NCBI RefSeq assembly: GCF_009834535.1
Contig: NC_045707.1
Location: forward strand, 47,928,001 to 47,992,000
Direction of reading: 5' to 3'
DNA: 64,000 nucleotides
Source: Camelus ferus
Taxonomy: Eukaryota
Shown piece after piece: positions 13,141 to 25,524 of this stretch. The position numbers and the translations under genes were made by a program. A model generated the notes under the pieces. It had not been told where the DNA came from. It made no database searches and saw nothing but the letters and a program-made list of their open reading frames with translations. Numbering within the stretch: the stretch's first letter is position 1; every line of letters begins with the position of its first letter.

Positions 13141-15039
13141 CATGCAAAGTGTTCTTTGGTTATAAAGATATATATGTTTAAAAAAAAGGTGAACCACCAG
13201 CCATAGTAAAAGCAGGAATCACAGAAGAGCTGGGCTGCCAGGACCTTCACTTGGGGGCTCTGCCATTAACATTAAGCAAGTACTGTCCCTTCCTCTCCAT
13301 TTGCTGGCTTCCTCTATCTCTGGTATCTGCCTTACACCTTCCAACTCAAAATTTCTACTGCTTTAGGAATAAAGGAGAAAGATGCAGACTGAACACAAGT
13401 GACTTATGGGGTAAGTGTAGGAAGATCCCTGGAATCTCTTCAAGCCTGCCCCTTCATCTAGGGGGTAGCTTGAACCAAGCCTTTTGCGCATTAGTGATGC
13501 ATTTGTTAGTGGACCTTGAATTTATTTATACAGTGACTGTCATTGGCTGTTTTTTTTTTTTTTTAATTATCTTTTTTCCTAATGGAAAAAACTACAAGTG
13601 TTGAATTAATGCCAAGTAATTGATTTTGTGAGCCACAGCTGGGAAATGAGTATGAAGATGCATAAATGTAGGGTTTTTATTTCTCCAGCAAGACTTTGTC
13701 AATTCAGAATTATTGGAAGAAAATAATTACTAGCATAAATATATGAATATTCTGAATTGTGGACCATTAGAAAGCATTCAGCCTTATTTTTCAAGTGTAA
13801 GAATTTAAACTTAGTTCCTGTTACAATCACATCCTTGAGGACCTCCTTAAATTATTCAGAGTGATTCATAATGGACATATCAATTTCTTTTTATGTAAAC
13901 AGTCCTTCCACATTTTAAAAAATGGTATATAATTCTGCACATCTTTAATATTCTCCTTGCTAAAAGTTAATTCATCATTCATTTCTTTAGAAAACCTATT
14001 GCCCCATGAAGTGAAAGATAAAGTTAAAACTCTGCCCTAGCACTAACCATTACAGATTAAAAATCTGTCTCACTAAGATTGAGAGGAACGTATTTTGGCA
14101 ACCAAAATTCACAAACGTCAGAGTAAGTAAGGTTTTTCTGTGTTAGCCACAACTTCTTTTCACAGGTCATCATTCTGGTCTCCAAGACTCTAAGTCAGCC
14201 TTGGATTCAGGTTTCAAAAGCTTTTGATTCTGCAAACATCCAAAAGTCATGAAAAATTCTCATTAGCCCCCTGGCAGTGTTCCTCATAAACAGTGACTTC
14301 CACTTCTTCCCACAGCACTGGGCTGAGAGAACTTACTGCCTGCAGCAAACACATACCCAGCTTCCTTACCATGCACATGTTCCCGTGAAAAACAGGCAAA
14401 CATGGGGCCAGCAGGAGAGGCAGACACAGACACAGAGATGGCTTTCCATTCCCTGTGCTTCTGTGGTCCATACCTGATTTCTTTGAGGCTAAGTGCTGAT
14501 TTGCAAGCCTTGGAAGCACTTTGTTATGAACAATTTATTGTCTGTTAGCAGGGAGGCCAAGCCGCCCCCTCTTGGCTGTTCCTGTGGAGCTGGTTGCCTT
14601 GTGGTTCTGGATTTTCTTTACCTCTCTCTCCAGGGCAGCTTCTGAGCGGCTGAACCTGGTCTCTCTGCAGCTGATGTGGAGGCAGAGGGGATGCATCCAA
14701 TCATCTACAAGCAGCATGCGTTTAAGTTCTCCTAAACGATCTCTGACAAGCTTTTCAAGTGAGGCTCCACCCCTGGGGTGTGAATGGGTTTGGGTGAATC
14801 AGTTCATGCCCTTCAGGATTTTTTAAACTTTGATCATAGCCCTTCTTAATGTGAATCTCTCAAGGCCTAAGTCTCCATTATTCTATTCTGTCCTCACAGG
14901 AATATCTCTTAATCCACTACATTGATTTACCAGCCTTTTTCTTAGATTTTGCAGCTCTGTCCTGTCTCTTTTGAGAATTCAACTCAGGGAGCATTCTAGG
15001 ATAACGGGTGACCTCATGATCCTTGGCGTTTCCAAGTCC

Positions 15040-15235
15040 GGAGATCAAGCACAGGCTCTGGGACAGAATTGCTCGGAGACCTGGGACAAGGTGCTTAACT
15101 TTCCTGAGGCTGTTTCCGCAGCAGTAAAATCAGAAGAGCAGCAGCACACTCTTCATCAAGTTGTTACAAGGATTCAATACATTAACACGTGTACCTATTA
15201 GAACAGCACCTGGCCCCTGCAAATGTAAGCATGAT
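15040..15235 (+). mobile_element. MIR SINE
   Basis: gacctgggacaaggtgcttaactttcctgaggctgtttcc...gttgttacaaggattcaat. Confidence 0.7.
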
Positions 15236-15595
15236 GATCTGGAGACACAAACATAATGACTGAGTTCTCTTTTTTACATGAATGTTTGGCCTACTACAAT
15301 CTACGCAATTGGTAGGAGTACAGTCCTAGAATTTTTCTGACCCTAAATAAAGTGTAGTTGATCCCATCTAGCCTTAAAGTAGCAGCTGCTCTAAAGGTGT
15401 TGAATTTGCGTATATTGTATACAGGACCACACTGTGCACCTTACCACATTCATTATTTATCATTCGTTCAGTGCCTACTCTTGTCCAGGCACGGTGTTAG
15501 GCAGTGAATTCTCAAAGAGAACAAAGCCTTTACCCTTAGAAACCTTACAGTGTTGCTCATTGTAGGTGCATGGTTACTGTAAACACCACCCCTCT

Positions 15596-16523
15596 GTTAG
15601 TCAGCTGTAAGTGCTGTACAGTCCCAATGTCTCAGTGGCTCAATGAAGGTTATTTCTTATTCATATTGTACTAGTTATCTATTGCATGGCAGCAAATGAC
15701 CCCAAAACTTAGCAGTTTAAAACAACAAACGTGTATTAATCTCACACAGTTTCTGAGAGTCGAGAATCCAAGAGCAGCCTAGCTGGGTGAGCCTAGCTCA
15801 GCGTCTCTCGCAACTTGTATTCAGACTATCTGCTGGAGTTGCAGGTATTTGAAGGATCCACTGGGGTTAGCCAGAATGCTTTTCCAAGCTCACTCACCTG
15901 ATTACTGACAGGCCTCCACTCCTCGCTGGCTCTTGGAGGTCTCTGTTCCTTACCATGTGGGCATCTCCACAGGCATGAAAGAGTAGTGAGACAGAATGAA
16001 AATGAGTGAGAGACCACCCAAAGCAGAGGTTACAGTCTTATAATCTAAACTCAGAAGTGACAGGCCATCGCTTCCGTCATATGCTACTGAAGATAAATAC
16101 ACAAGGGTATGAACACCAGGAGACGTGACCACTGAAGGCTGGCTACCACACAATGAACATGTGACATAGTCTACTGTGAGTCATTGGTCAGGGGAGATGG
16201 ATTGGAGCGGACAATCTGCTCCACACAGTTTTATTCCAAGACCCCACCTCCTCCCATTTAGAGGCTCCTCCTTATGCCCTTGGCATTCTCAGCCTGATCA
16301 TCTTCATCTTCCCAGGAGGTCAGGAGTGAGGAAAAAGCACTAGTATGAGGGTTGCCCAGCAGATCCTAGTGGCCAGACTTGAATGTTGTGCACATTACTT
16401 TGGCACACATTCCTGTGACCAGAAATCACCTAATTACAGGGGGACTAGGAAATGTGTTCTAGACGTGACCTTGGATTAAAAGGAAATGGGATTTGGTGAA
16501 TGTATAGCAGGCACTCTGCCACA
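15596..16523 (-). mobile_element. Older MLT1 (J/K-like) LTR interrupted by another MLT1
   Basis: tctcagtggct...aaggttatttcttattcat, resuming ~16165 and ending ggatttggtgaatgtatagcaggcactctgccaca. Confidence 0.65.
15667..16150 (-). mobile_element. MLT1 (E/F-like) solo LTR
   Basis: TG...CA termini; tatctattgc...ccccaaaacttagcagtttaaaacaacaaac...aagggtatgaacaccaggag...ggctaccaca. Confidence 0.85.
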
Positions 16524-18699
16524 CCCTCTATTTGGAAAGAGATTGTACATTTAAACGGCTTAATTTAAAAAAAAAATGTCTGTTCAGTTTTAACAACAAA
16601 TATGATTGCCTGCCACTCTGTGACAAGCAACTGATTGATTGCATATTTTCACCTTTTCAATGTATTGTAAATGCAGCCCCTATTTAAAGGGTCAGCAAGC
16701 AGGTGGTGGAGAGCAGTTCCTGAACCATTAAGTTTGCTGCTTTTTCAGGAATACTATTAGGATGCTGGCAGAAACAAGTCTTGCCTTGTTTCGCAAGTGG
16801 GGAAAGAAGAAAGTCTTTGTTCCCAAGCAAATGAAAATACAAATCACAAGACTAAAATTATGGATGCAAAACAATATATTAAAATGTGGCTTGTGTGTAG
16901 TATTTGCATGCATTTTAATACACATCTGTCATTCCCTTTGCTAGATTCAGTAGGCACTGAAAATATTAAGCAACTGAGTACACTTAATAATTAGAGGAAT
17001 TGTTTTGAAATATATTTTAACCCATTCATGTTCCTATTGCCAAACCTCTTGGTCTTTAAGGGCTTTGAGATGTCAAATCAGATCATTTTATTGATCAGAT
17101 CTTAGATTTATGTGGCCTAAGAATTCACCAAAATATTTTTCATAAGCTGACGTGGTGACACTCAAAAGATTGGAAAGACTAAAATTATTCCTAGGTTGGA
17201 AAAAATCTCAAATCCAAATTTGAAAGCTCGAAAAAGCTGTAGAGATCCTCTGGATTAGATATCCCCACCTCTCCTACTCATTTTGAAGGCTGGCTGTATT
17301 TATTTCCAAAGAATTCATGAGAAATTTAAGACCACTTTTTCCAAAACCCCAATTGGCTGAGCCTGCTGGTCCAGTTATCTCAGCAGCTGAAGTTTTCAGA
17401 ATTGGTTTTGCCCTTGCCTAGGGTTTGTTTGCCTGGCTTTCTAGTTGAACAAACCCCTAAAAGAGAAATCACTTTTAGAGCTGTAGCAAAAATGAACCAA
17501 ATTTCAACCACCTGGAGAATCCTTGCTCTCTGCACTTCGAGGCTTCTGGACCAGAGAAGAAGACTATATTTCATGAGAACCCAGCTCTAAGTCATAAACT
17601 TGAAATATATCAAGCTCTTTGTTGTTAATTGGCACTTACCTCACCTGAAGGCTTTTGCCAAGAAGAGCAGAGGGTTTTAATGGGGAAGGAAGAAAGGAAA
17701 GAGCCTGGGGCTCTGGAAAATAGTCCCTGCCACATGTGATTTTTAGCTGAGGGGCTTCCCACCCCCTAGTATGCTAGAGCAACAAAGTGGCCTATGTGCT
17801 TTCTCAAACCTCGGCTGTTTGTTTGGGGGGTAATGCTCAGACTGGGGCATGAGTGATAACTGCTTCGCGTAATTACGAAGACAGCTTGAAAACTATGCCC
17901 CTCTTTGTTTCGGCCTCCAGATGACGGCTGTCTAACTGCTGTTTGTGCCAGTTTTATTTCAAAGCGCTTTTCTTTCCATATTTCAAAGGTCAGTGTGTTT
18001 ACTGGTGGCCAAAAAGAGCCTGTGTGTGAGAGAAAGAAACACATGTGGTCGAGCAGCAGGACTGGATGAGAAGTCAGAACTGGATTCAGGTCCTAGACTG
18101 GCTTCTAGATCAGTGAGAGAGCTGAAATTATTTGACCTCCCCTTCTTCATTACTATAGAAAGGAGGGGAAGGAAGTGGTATTATCAATGGTCTCATTTAG
18201 GTAAAACAAAACAAAACAAAAATTCTAGAAGTCTGGTTCAGGAAGAAGAAATGTAGGTATTTCCAATAAAGAAACATCATCAAATATATAGCCAAGAAAA
18301 TGTCAACTTCATCGTATCAAAATGGAAATATTACTCCCTTCAAAGAAGGCAGGCTGGATGGTCTGGCTACCCTTGGAAATCTTGAGACTATGTTCCGTGA
18401 AGGAATATTAGCACAAGGAAATAAAGCAAACACCAAACACTTTCTCAGGAGTCTCCATTGGCTTTCTGACATCACTACTTAGAACATCAAAGCTGATCAG
18501 ACTGAGTTACTTGCCCTTTTATAAAACATTAGTGTTTCTATTATGAATATTTGAAAACAGCATCAAATTTCAGTGACGCAGGTGCCATACTTATTTCAAA
18601 TGTCCTTTGTGATTCATTTTCTTCGAATCTGTGTTTCCACATCCATCTTCGCTCAGTTTTCTATACGTTGAGGCCCTGGGGAAAGGAGGTGAATGAGCT

Positions 18700-18934
18700 G
18701 CAGAAGGGGTAGAAAGCATGCATTCTAAAAGTAGGTTTACCTGGGTTCACATCTTAGTGTTGCCACTAAATTAGCTGTGTGACTCTGCATAATTTACTTA
18801 ACCTCTCTGTGCCTCAGTTTCCTTGTCTACTAATCCAAGTACTCACTTCCTGGTGTTGTGAGGATTAAGTGGATTGACACGTGTGAGACATACAGAGCAG
18901 TGCTGGCATTTAGCAAGCATTCAAATGTTAGCTA
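18700..18934 (+). mobile_element. MIR SINE, near full length
   Basis: cctgggttc...ttagctgtgtgac...ttacttaacctctctgtgcctcagtttcct...gttgtgaggattaa. Confidence 0.9.
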
Positions 18935-19379
18935 ATCATGAAAAACACTCCCTCTTTCTGGAATGAATTTTGCATTTGGAAAGCATCTCCTCTTTTGTGC
19001 CACCATTTCTCTTCTTGAATCAATCCACCTACACCTGCAGAAATAAAAAAGTAAATTTGCAAATGCCAAGGGAACAGTGCTTGTGTTGTAAAAGGGAGGA
19101 GAAGGTAAAATAGAAAAAGAGAACAAATGAAATGTCTAAAACTTAATCTTCCAGTGACTGTGAATTTCCAGCATCCTTTGAAGTAAGGGCACTCTCTAAG
19201 TTTGTACAAGACAAACGGAATTCTCACTACTTGACCAGGAAAAGGCATGGCAGCACTTGCCTGTGACTAAAGAAGGGATGGAAGGGGAAGGGAGGCAGCA
19301 CTCAAAAAGGGGGAACTAAACTACGCTGAAGACCTTGGTTAGGACTTTCATTTTTATCAAATTTAATCCATTAGTTGAA

Positions 19380-19510
19380 TATTATTACTTTCATTTTACA
19401 ATCAAAGAAAATAGTATTCAGGAAAGTTAAGTGACTTTTCAAAGTCTATTCAGCCAGTCATTGGTGTTGCTAAGATTTAAACTAACTTCTATTGGATACC
19501 AGGACCCCTG
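19380..19510 (-). mobile_element. MIR fragment
   Basis: cattttaca...aagttaagtgacttttcaaagtc. Confidence 0.6.
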
Positions 19511-19829
19511 CTTTTGATTCCTTTCTATGTCTCCTTAGGCAGGATTCCACTTGGACGGGGCTCTGAGGGGTCACCAGCGGTGCAGACTGAAACCAGACTC
19601 CAGGTGATCTGCTACCATATGCATAATAATATTAGCAGGAGCTTCTCGTATTTTTTTTTTCCTAAACCTTTATCTACCCTCGTTCATATGAAGTAGACTC
19701 ATGGGGCTCTTTGTAGCAAACCACGTAATTTTAGGCATCAAGTGAGGGGAACCTTTGGGAAAGTAATTTCCTTTTCACTGCTTAAGTCAGGACTGCCTCC
19801 AGGGTCACAGCCTTTCCCGACCTCCCTTT

Positions 19830-20300
19830 TCAGCGTCCTCAGCGTCTCTTCAGGTGTTGAGGTCGGGCTGACTTCCCCCGGGTGTTCATGGGAGACAGTG
19901 CCGCGCATGCGCAGAAGTTCCCGCGCGGCGTCCAGCGCGCAGACCGAGCGCGGGAGCCCGCTTGTTGTTGCGGGGGCGGCGAGACCCGCGTAAGGCGGAG
20001 GAGAGTCTGTGAAGCACGGTGACGGCAGGCGGGTTAACATAGGATGCCTCTGAGATCAGCCCTGGATCAGCGACCACCGGAAATCTCGGCTCCTGGAAGG
20101 CTGCCTGGATCAGGCTAAGGACGGTTCCAGAAGAGAATCGGCCTGACGAGAGTAGAGGCTCGCTACCTCAGCACAGCCCCCTGGCCGGTGTTCGTGAAGG
20201 ACCTGAGCCCGGTTTCAGGCGCCACAATGGCACGAGCTGCCAGCAGAAGCTTCTCCCAGGTTCTCTTGGCGTGTGCGAGGTAATGCCCTCATTTTTCCTT
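19830..20300. promoter_or_regulatory. Small CpG island / TATA-less promoter
   Basis: The only CpG-dense segment in the window; NRF1 palindrome at 19902-19913, GC box gggggcgg at ~19972, ETS-like ACCGGAAAT at 20076-20084, donor-like sites after 19989 and 20279. Confidence 0.8.
19902..19913. promoter_or_regulatory. NRF1 binding site
   Basis: CGCGCATGCGCA is an exact match to YGCGCAYGCGCR inside a CpG island. Confidence 0.8.
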
Positions 20301-20306
20301 TTCTAG

Positions 20307-20423
20307 GTGTACTGTTCCACTTGGTCGTCATGGTTGATGCTGCCTAAGTGGGTTCCTGCCGCAAGGAATTTGAGGACATCCTCCTCCTTCATTTGCAGGA
20401 CATTCAGGGCTGAAAGTTTCCCT
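20307..20423 (+). other. Candidate non-coding exon
   Basis: Acceptor atttttccttttctag| and donor cct|gtaagt. Confidence 0.4.
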
Positions 20424-21679
20424 GTAAGTTATGAGGGGAAGCCGTATAGACTCCTCTTTGGGTAGCCCGGGAAAGCGCAAAACTTTTTTGTGGAGATGCG
20501 GAGAGTTTTGGGCACATGAATTCCTTCTTGGTCATGACCTTCACACCCCTCCCCTACTTTATTGCGTTAGAGCAAGTATGGCTCACATTGGTAAGAATAA
20601 GGTAAAGAAGCTCAGGTTATTTTTTTCTGCATCTAATTATTTCATCAGATTCAGCCAGGTTTTCTAAACCTGTTTGTGTGTATTTAGACATACGGTGTAA
20701 GTAATTTGTGAGCATTTACTGAGAAGTCTTATCCAAATTCCTTTTAAGAAAGATGCCAGGACCTCATTCTCAATTCTGTTACTGAAGCTGTGATTTTTTT
20801 AATTTTAGAATTGAAGCACTAAAGCTAAACATGAATATGGATTTCACTTTCAATAAAAATCACTGGCTGGTAAAACCCAAATTAGAGTAGAGTATTGGAA
20901 ATCAAGCTGCCTTTTTCTATTAGAACTAACAAAAGTGGTTTCATTTTCCAAATCCAAAGTTCTAGATGCTGAAATACTGTTTGTAGGAAATGCTAGACAT
21001 TATTAAAAATGCAGATAGTTGTCACCAGCTGGCATGTTTTCTTGTGGTTGCCAGCATGTTTTAATGACAAATCTAAGGACAGGTGCACATAATACATTGA
21101 CTTTTTAATCAAAGAACAAAGTATAGGGAGGAGACATGAAATGCTCCAAAGTGTTTAGGGAAAATAATGCTTCCTCTAGACACTTGACAGTGACCTCATT
21201 GTTAGGGAAAAAAGCTGTCTAAAACACATCTCTTTCCTTATTATCTCTTCTTATCTACTTATATTTCCCTTCTGTCTATAGTTCTCCATCTTAAAATAAC
21301 AACTATAATAGTAATAATAACAACAAAAACTTTGGCTTGGTGTGTCCTTTAGTCCCTATCTGAAAAAGAGATTTTTATCCTGGGCTCCATATAATCCTTT
21401 ACATGTATTTTTCTAATGATATTTTTTCTAGGAATTAGGTTTATAGTTTTCATAAACATATAAATAATTTATAACCTTCCCAAAGAAGTTAAGCCAAAAA
21501 GAAAAAGAAAAAGCAAAGAAACACTGAAGAAATACATCTTAATCCATCACTCTTGTACAAACATTTTGTTTCAGCTGGGTTTTTGATAAAAGCTAAAGAG
21601 TAGTGAATTCAAAGTTAAATTTTCTGTCAGAAAAGATATGATGCTGCTCATTACTCTGGATATTGTAAAGAGATGAAGT

Positions 21680-22280
21680 CACTCACATACCCTGCTCTCC
21701 ACTTCAGCCCAAACTCATCCTCCCTCCAAAACCATTTCCATTTCACTGTGGTGTCATGACCTCCCCATTCTCTTAGGCACCCTTGCTTGAGATCTCAGTT
21801 ATCTGGGAGTCTTTCCTGACCTTTAGCTCTCTGTCTAATCAGTTCGCAGTCCTCTCAGGTCACCTTCAGAAATCTCTTACATACAGCTCTTTCTTTCAGT
21901 TGTTAAAAACCAGCATCATTTGCCCTTGGTGTTTTTTACCACTAACTGAACATTAGGATTACACGAGGAGGTTTTTATTTTATACTGAGCTTTGACTCCA
22001 GACCCTGAAAGTCTTATATAACTACTCTGGGGAAAACCTAGGCATCTGAATTTCTTTAAAGCCCCTTAGGGTGTGGCCAGTGCTGAGAGTCACTTGATGA
22101 CCCTATCTTATTTGACTATTTTTCACTGTTCTAGCTATTTTACCTTCTAGCTGGTGATCTTGTCCAGTCTTGCTCCTCTCTACCTTATTCTGTATTACTT
22201 TCCTCTCCCCGCGATTGATCTTCTCAGCATCTTAATTTCCTCATGTGTTTCTTTGATCAGGAAACCTTGTTACTTTCCAT
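21680..22280 (+). mobile_element. L2 fragment with a MER5-like insertion (~21900-22094)
   Basis: L2 pyrimidine-rich body; MER5-like cctaggcatctgaatttctttaaagcccc...tgagagtcact. Confidence 0.55.
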
Positions 22281-23389
22281 TGCCTGTCTGTGGAGGCACT
22301 TAGATAGCTCTGCAGGGCCTTAGGGGTTCCCCAGCATCCCCTGGGACCTCTGACTGGGAGTGGATGAAAGGGTAGTGCTCCTCAGCCTCTCCCTCCACTA
22401 GTTTTGCCAACAGGACCCAACTTGCCTAAAGCCATGATCAGTTAATGGCAGAGATGGGTCAAGAACCCAAATCCCCTTACCCTTGACCCCTTTCTCAAAT
22501 TCAAAATGCTGCCAATTGGTGATGAAAGTCAGTGCTGGACCTTTGCCATTTTTCTCCATCTGCTACCTCTGTTCTGCAAGCTTGGCTTTCCTCTGTTTGG
22601 AACATCTTCAGCAGGTGTATCTATGTCTTCAGGAAAAGCAGATGTGACTGAAAAATCTGACTAGTCCAATTTGTCATGACTTGTTGACAGCAGCCCTGGG
22701 AGCTGTGGGACCAGTAACACTGGGGCCCTGATGCCATGCCTGTCAACCTAATAGCCCAGTATTTAAACACAGTCTGTTCTGCTTTCACCTCAGAGCCTGT
22801 CTGTGTTGCTTTATATTAAACAGTTAACTTTAGGACAAGCTCTATAGGTTATCCAGATACCAGCTTATCTGTGAGTCAGAGAAAACTGAGTGGCCAACCT
22901 GTCCCCAAATAGTTTCCTTACCCACCTCCCACGTTACCTGAAGTTCTCAATTTTGGTCAGTTCTCCTGGTAATAAGGCAATCTTCATTTTGTAAAATGCA
23001 AATGTGATATCCCCAAAGCATAATAACATTAACTTATCAGCATTCATTACTATCCTAAACCATAGATACTTTTATATATGTATATGGTCACCTGGTTCAG
23101 AGCAAAGTCCTAAAGGAATGGAATTAGTGTGGGTAAAAGTTGATTGGTGAAGGTGGATGTGGAGGGGAGCAGAGAATAAAAATCTTGGGTGAGGTGTTAT
23201 AGAAGGAACCTGGGCTTTAACGAGAGAGTAAAATGGAGAGAGAGTGCCAGAGAATAAGTTCTGCCTGATTCCCAGTTTTGCCAAATTCAGCATTTTCCCC
23301 AGAGTTCTCCTTGGTTATCTCCCTTTCTTTATTGATTTTGCCTGGTATTGGCTGAAATACTGAGAATTTGGAAAGGATAATAATAATCA

Positions 23390-23640
23390 TGATAGCTAAC
23401 ATTTATTGAGCACTAACTTTGTGACAGACATTGCTTGAAGGATTCTACGTACATAAATTTATTTCATCCTTCCCCATCAACATTTGGAGATTAGGTGTCA
23501 TCAACAGTCCCATTTCACAGATGATGAAACTGAGACTCAACTGTTTGAAGAAATTCCTTAAGCTCATTCAGCAAGTACATGGTGGAATCAAGATTCCAAC
23601 CCAAGAAGTCTGGCTCCAAAGCCTGTATTCTTAATCCCTG
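23390..23640 (-). mobile_element. MIR SINE, near full length
   Basis: atagctaacatttattgagcact...cccatttcacagatgatgaaactgagactca...gtctggctccaaagcc. Confidence 0.9.
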
Positions 23641-25221
23641 TGATCTGTCTCTCAAAATCACAGCATTTGTAAGCAAATGGTAGGGTTAATCTTCAATTGT
23701 AGACAGTCTGATTCCAGATCATTCCACCATAATGCCTCTTGGGCTGGAATGGATTTTTCAAATACATCAAAGCTTTACAGTCATGGAGACTCCAGTGGTC
23801 CAGAAAGTTTCTTGGTTTAGGGTCTTCCTAAAGTCATAGCAGTCTGGTGTCTTAATAACAGTGCTCTATTGTTTTAATATAAAATGCCAGTCTGACAAAG
23901 GCAGTTGAATGTAAACCTCACAAAATGGGCAGAATCCCTGCCCAGCTCTTACTGTCCTAGACTGAAATGGAGAATTCAAGCAAAATTACTTCTTGTCTCT
24001 ATAAAAGGTCAGTGAAATAAAAATTGGCTAATATTTCTCCTTCTATATAACCAAACACTGCTAGTATCCAGGGAACATCAAAGATAAACCTGAAATCTTG
24101 GGTTTAGGAAATCACTGCACCACTTTTGGTTGTATTTTGCAAGGCCCTCTGAAGGGCTTTTTGGATATTATCTAATGAGTTCTCATAGACATTAAGTCAA
24201 GTTTTTATCCTGTGGAGTGAGTGCCATCTTCCCACTAAGAACTTCATGGAAATAAAGCAGATGGCAGGTGTCAGATTAATGTAAAAATGTGGCTTGCTCA
24301 ATTCATCCCCTCCCCTCTAATCATGTAATGAGTTCTGGGAAGATGGTCCATTTGGGGGCTGGAAAAAAGAATAAAATGTGTTTTAGGCCAGTGCTACTGG
24401 AACTCAGCTTCTTGATAATTCTCTGGGAGCTAAAACAATGGAAACAGAATTGTTAAAGGAAGGGAGGTGGGAAGGAGCAGCAAGTTTACAGAATGTCAAC
24501 TACAGGGGGTTCTATCTTTGAGATTCTTCCCTCTACTCTTAATCAGCTATTTTCATACTCAAATTATTTCTCCCTACTGTTCCGTAAATAAATGTGAGCC
24601 AAACAAAATCAAACAAATAAACAAAAATGCTCATTTTTGTCAGAAAATGTTCTTTTCTGTTATTCTCCAGTTTTCAGGAGGGAAGTGCCTCACCCGCTCT
24701 CTTAATAGATTTGACCTATCTTTGCTTGAGAACGTCTTTCATTTCCATGGAAGCCTTAAAGAAACAGTAAGACATTACAGCGAGGATTCCCAATCTTTTT
24801 CATGAAGAGAAGCTGCTTTTTATTTCCCCTAAAGTCAAGGGATGGGAGTGGGGGGTTTTCAGCAGCTGTTTCATTCCTCCCAGGGGAAGCTGTCAACCCC
24901 CAGGCCACTGACTGGAGCTCTATCTAATCAGGCTTCCAGATCTACCAGCAGATTCTCATCAACTGGTTGAGAACTCACCCATAAGATTCTTCCATTTGAT
25001 TGAGAAATGGAAAAACTTAAAAAAAAAAAAAAAAGCAATTACTTGCTGTTTGACTTCCTCAGAACATGTTCTGAGCACCAGCTAAATTCATTTACCAGCA
25101 GATTCGGTCAAAACAGTGAAGTTGACATAGTTTAGCCTCTGGCATTTCTTCTTCTTAGCTTTGTACCATCTTTGTATATATCCCAGACCAGCTTTCAAGC
25201 TTCATGCTCTTGTTGCCCTAG

Positions 25222-25303
25222 GTAGAGTTCCAGACTTGCCATCCTGATTGAATGGGACATCCAGCCAGGTTTTCACCCCTTGGAGTGCCATCTTCGTGCT
25301 AAG
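25222..25303 (+). other. Candidate non-coding exon (alternative acceptor at 25159)
   Basis: Acceptors ttcttcttcttag| and ctcttgttgccctag|; strong donor aag|gtaaga. Confidence 0.35.
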
Positions 25304-25524
25304 GTAAGAACTCCTCTGGAAATAAAGCTCTAACTATAGGTCCTTACATTCTCCAGTGTTTGCTTTTAAACCGTTCAGATTTCTTGAATTTTCAGGGTGT
25401 AAACTGTGCTTCTGAGTTTGAGGAGATGTAATATGGAGATGGAGAAACTGAATGGTCCAGGTAGCCATGCTGGGATGATTCCCTGGAATCAGATATGGAG
25501 GACAGTATGAGCATCAGAATTCAA

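Noticed and set aside
19738..20077. Overlapping ORFs across the CpG island
   Set aside because: GC-rich DNA is stop-poor and no known protein is recognisable
24219..25295. Repeated 13-mers GAGTGCCATCTTC and TACCAGCAGATTC
   Set aside because: Exact 13-mer repeats are expected by chance in 64 kb and the homology does not extend
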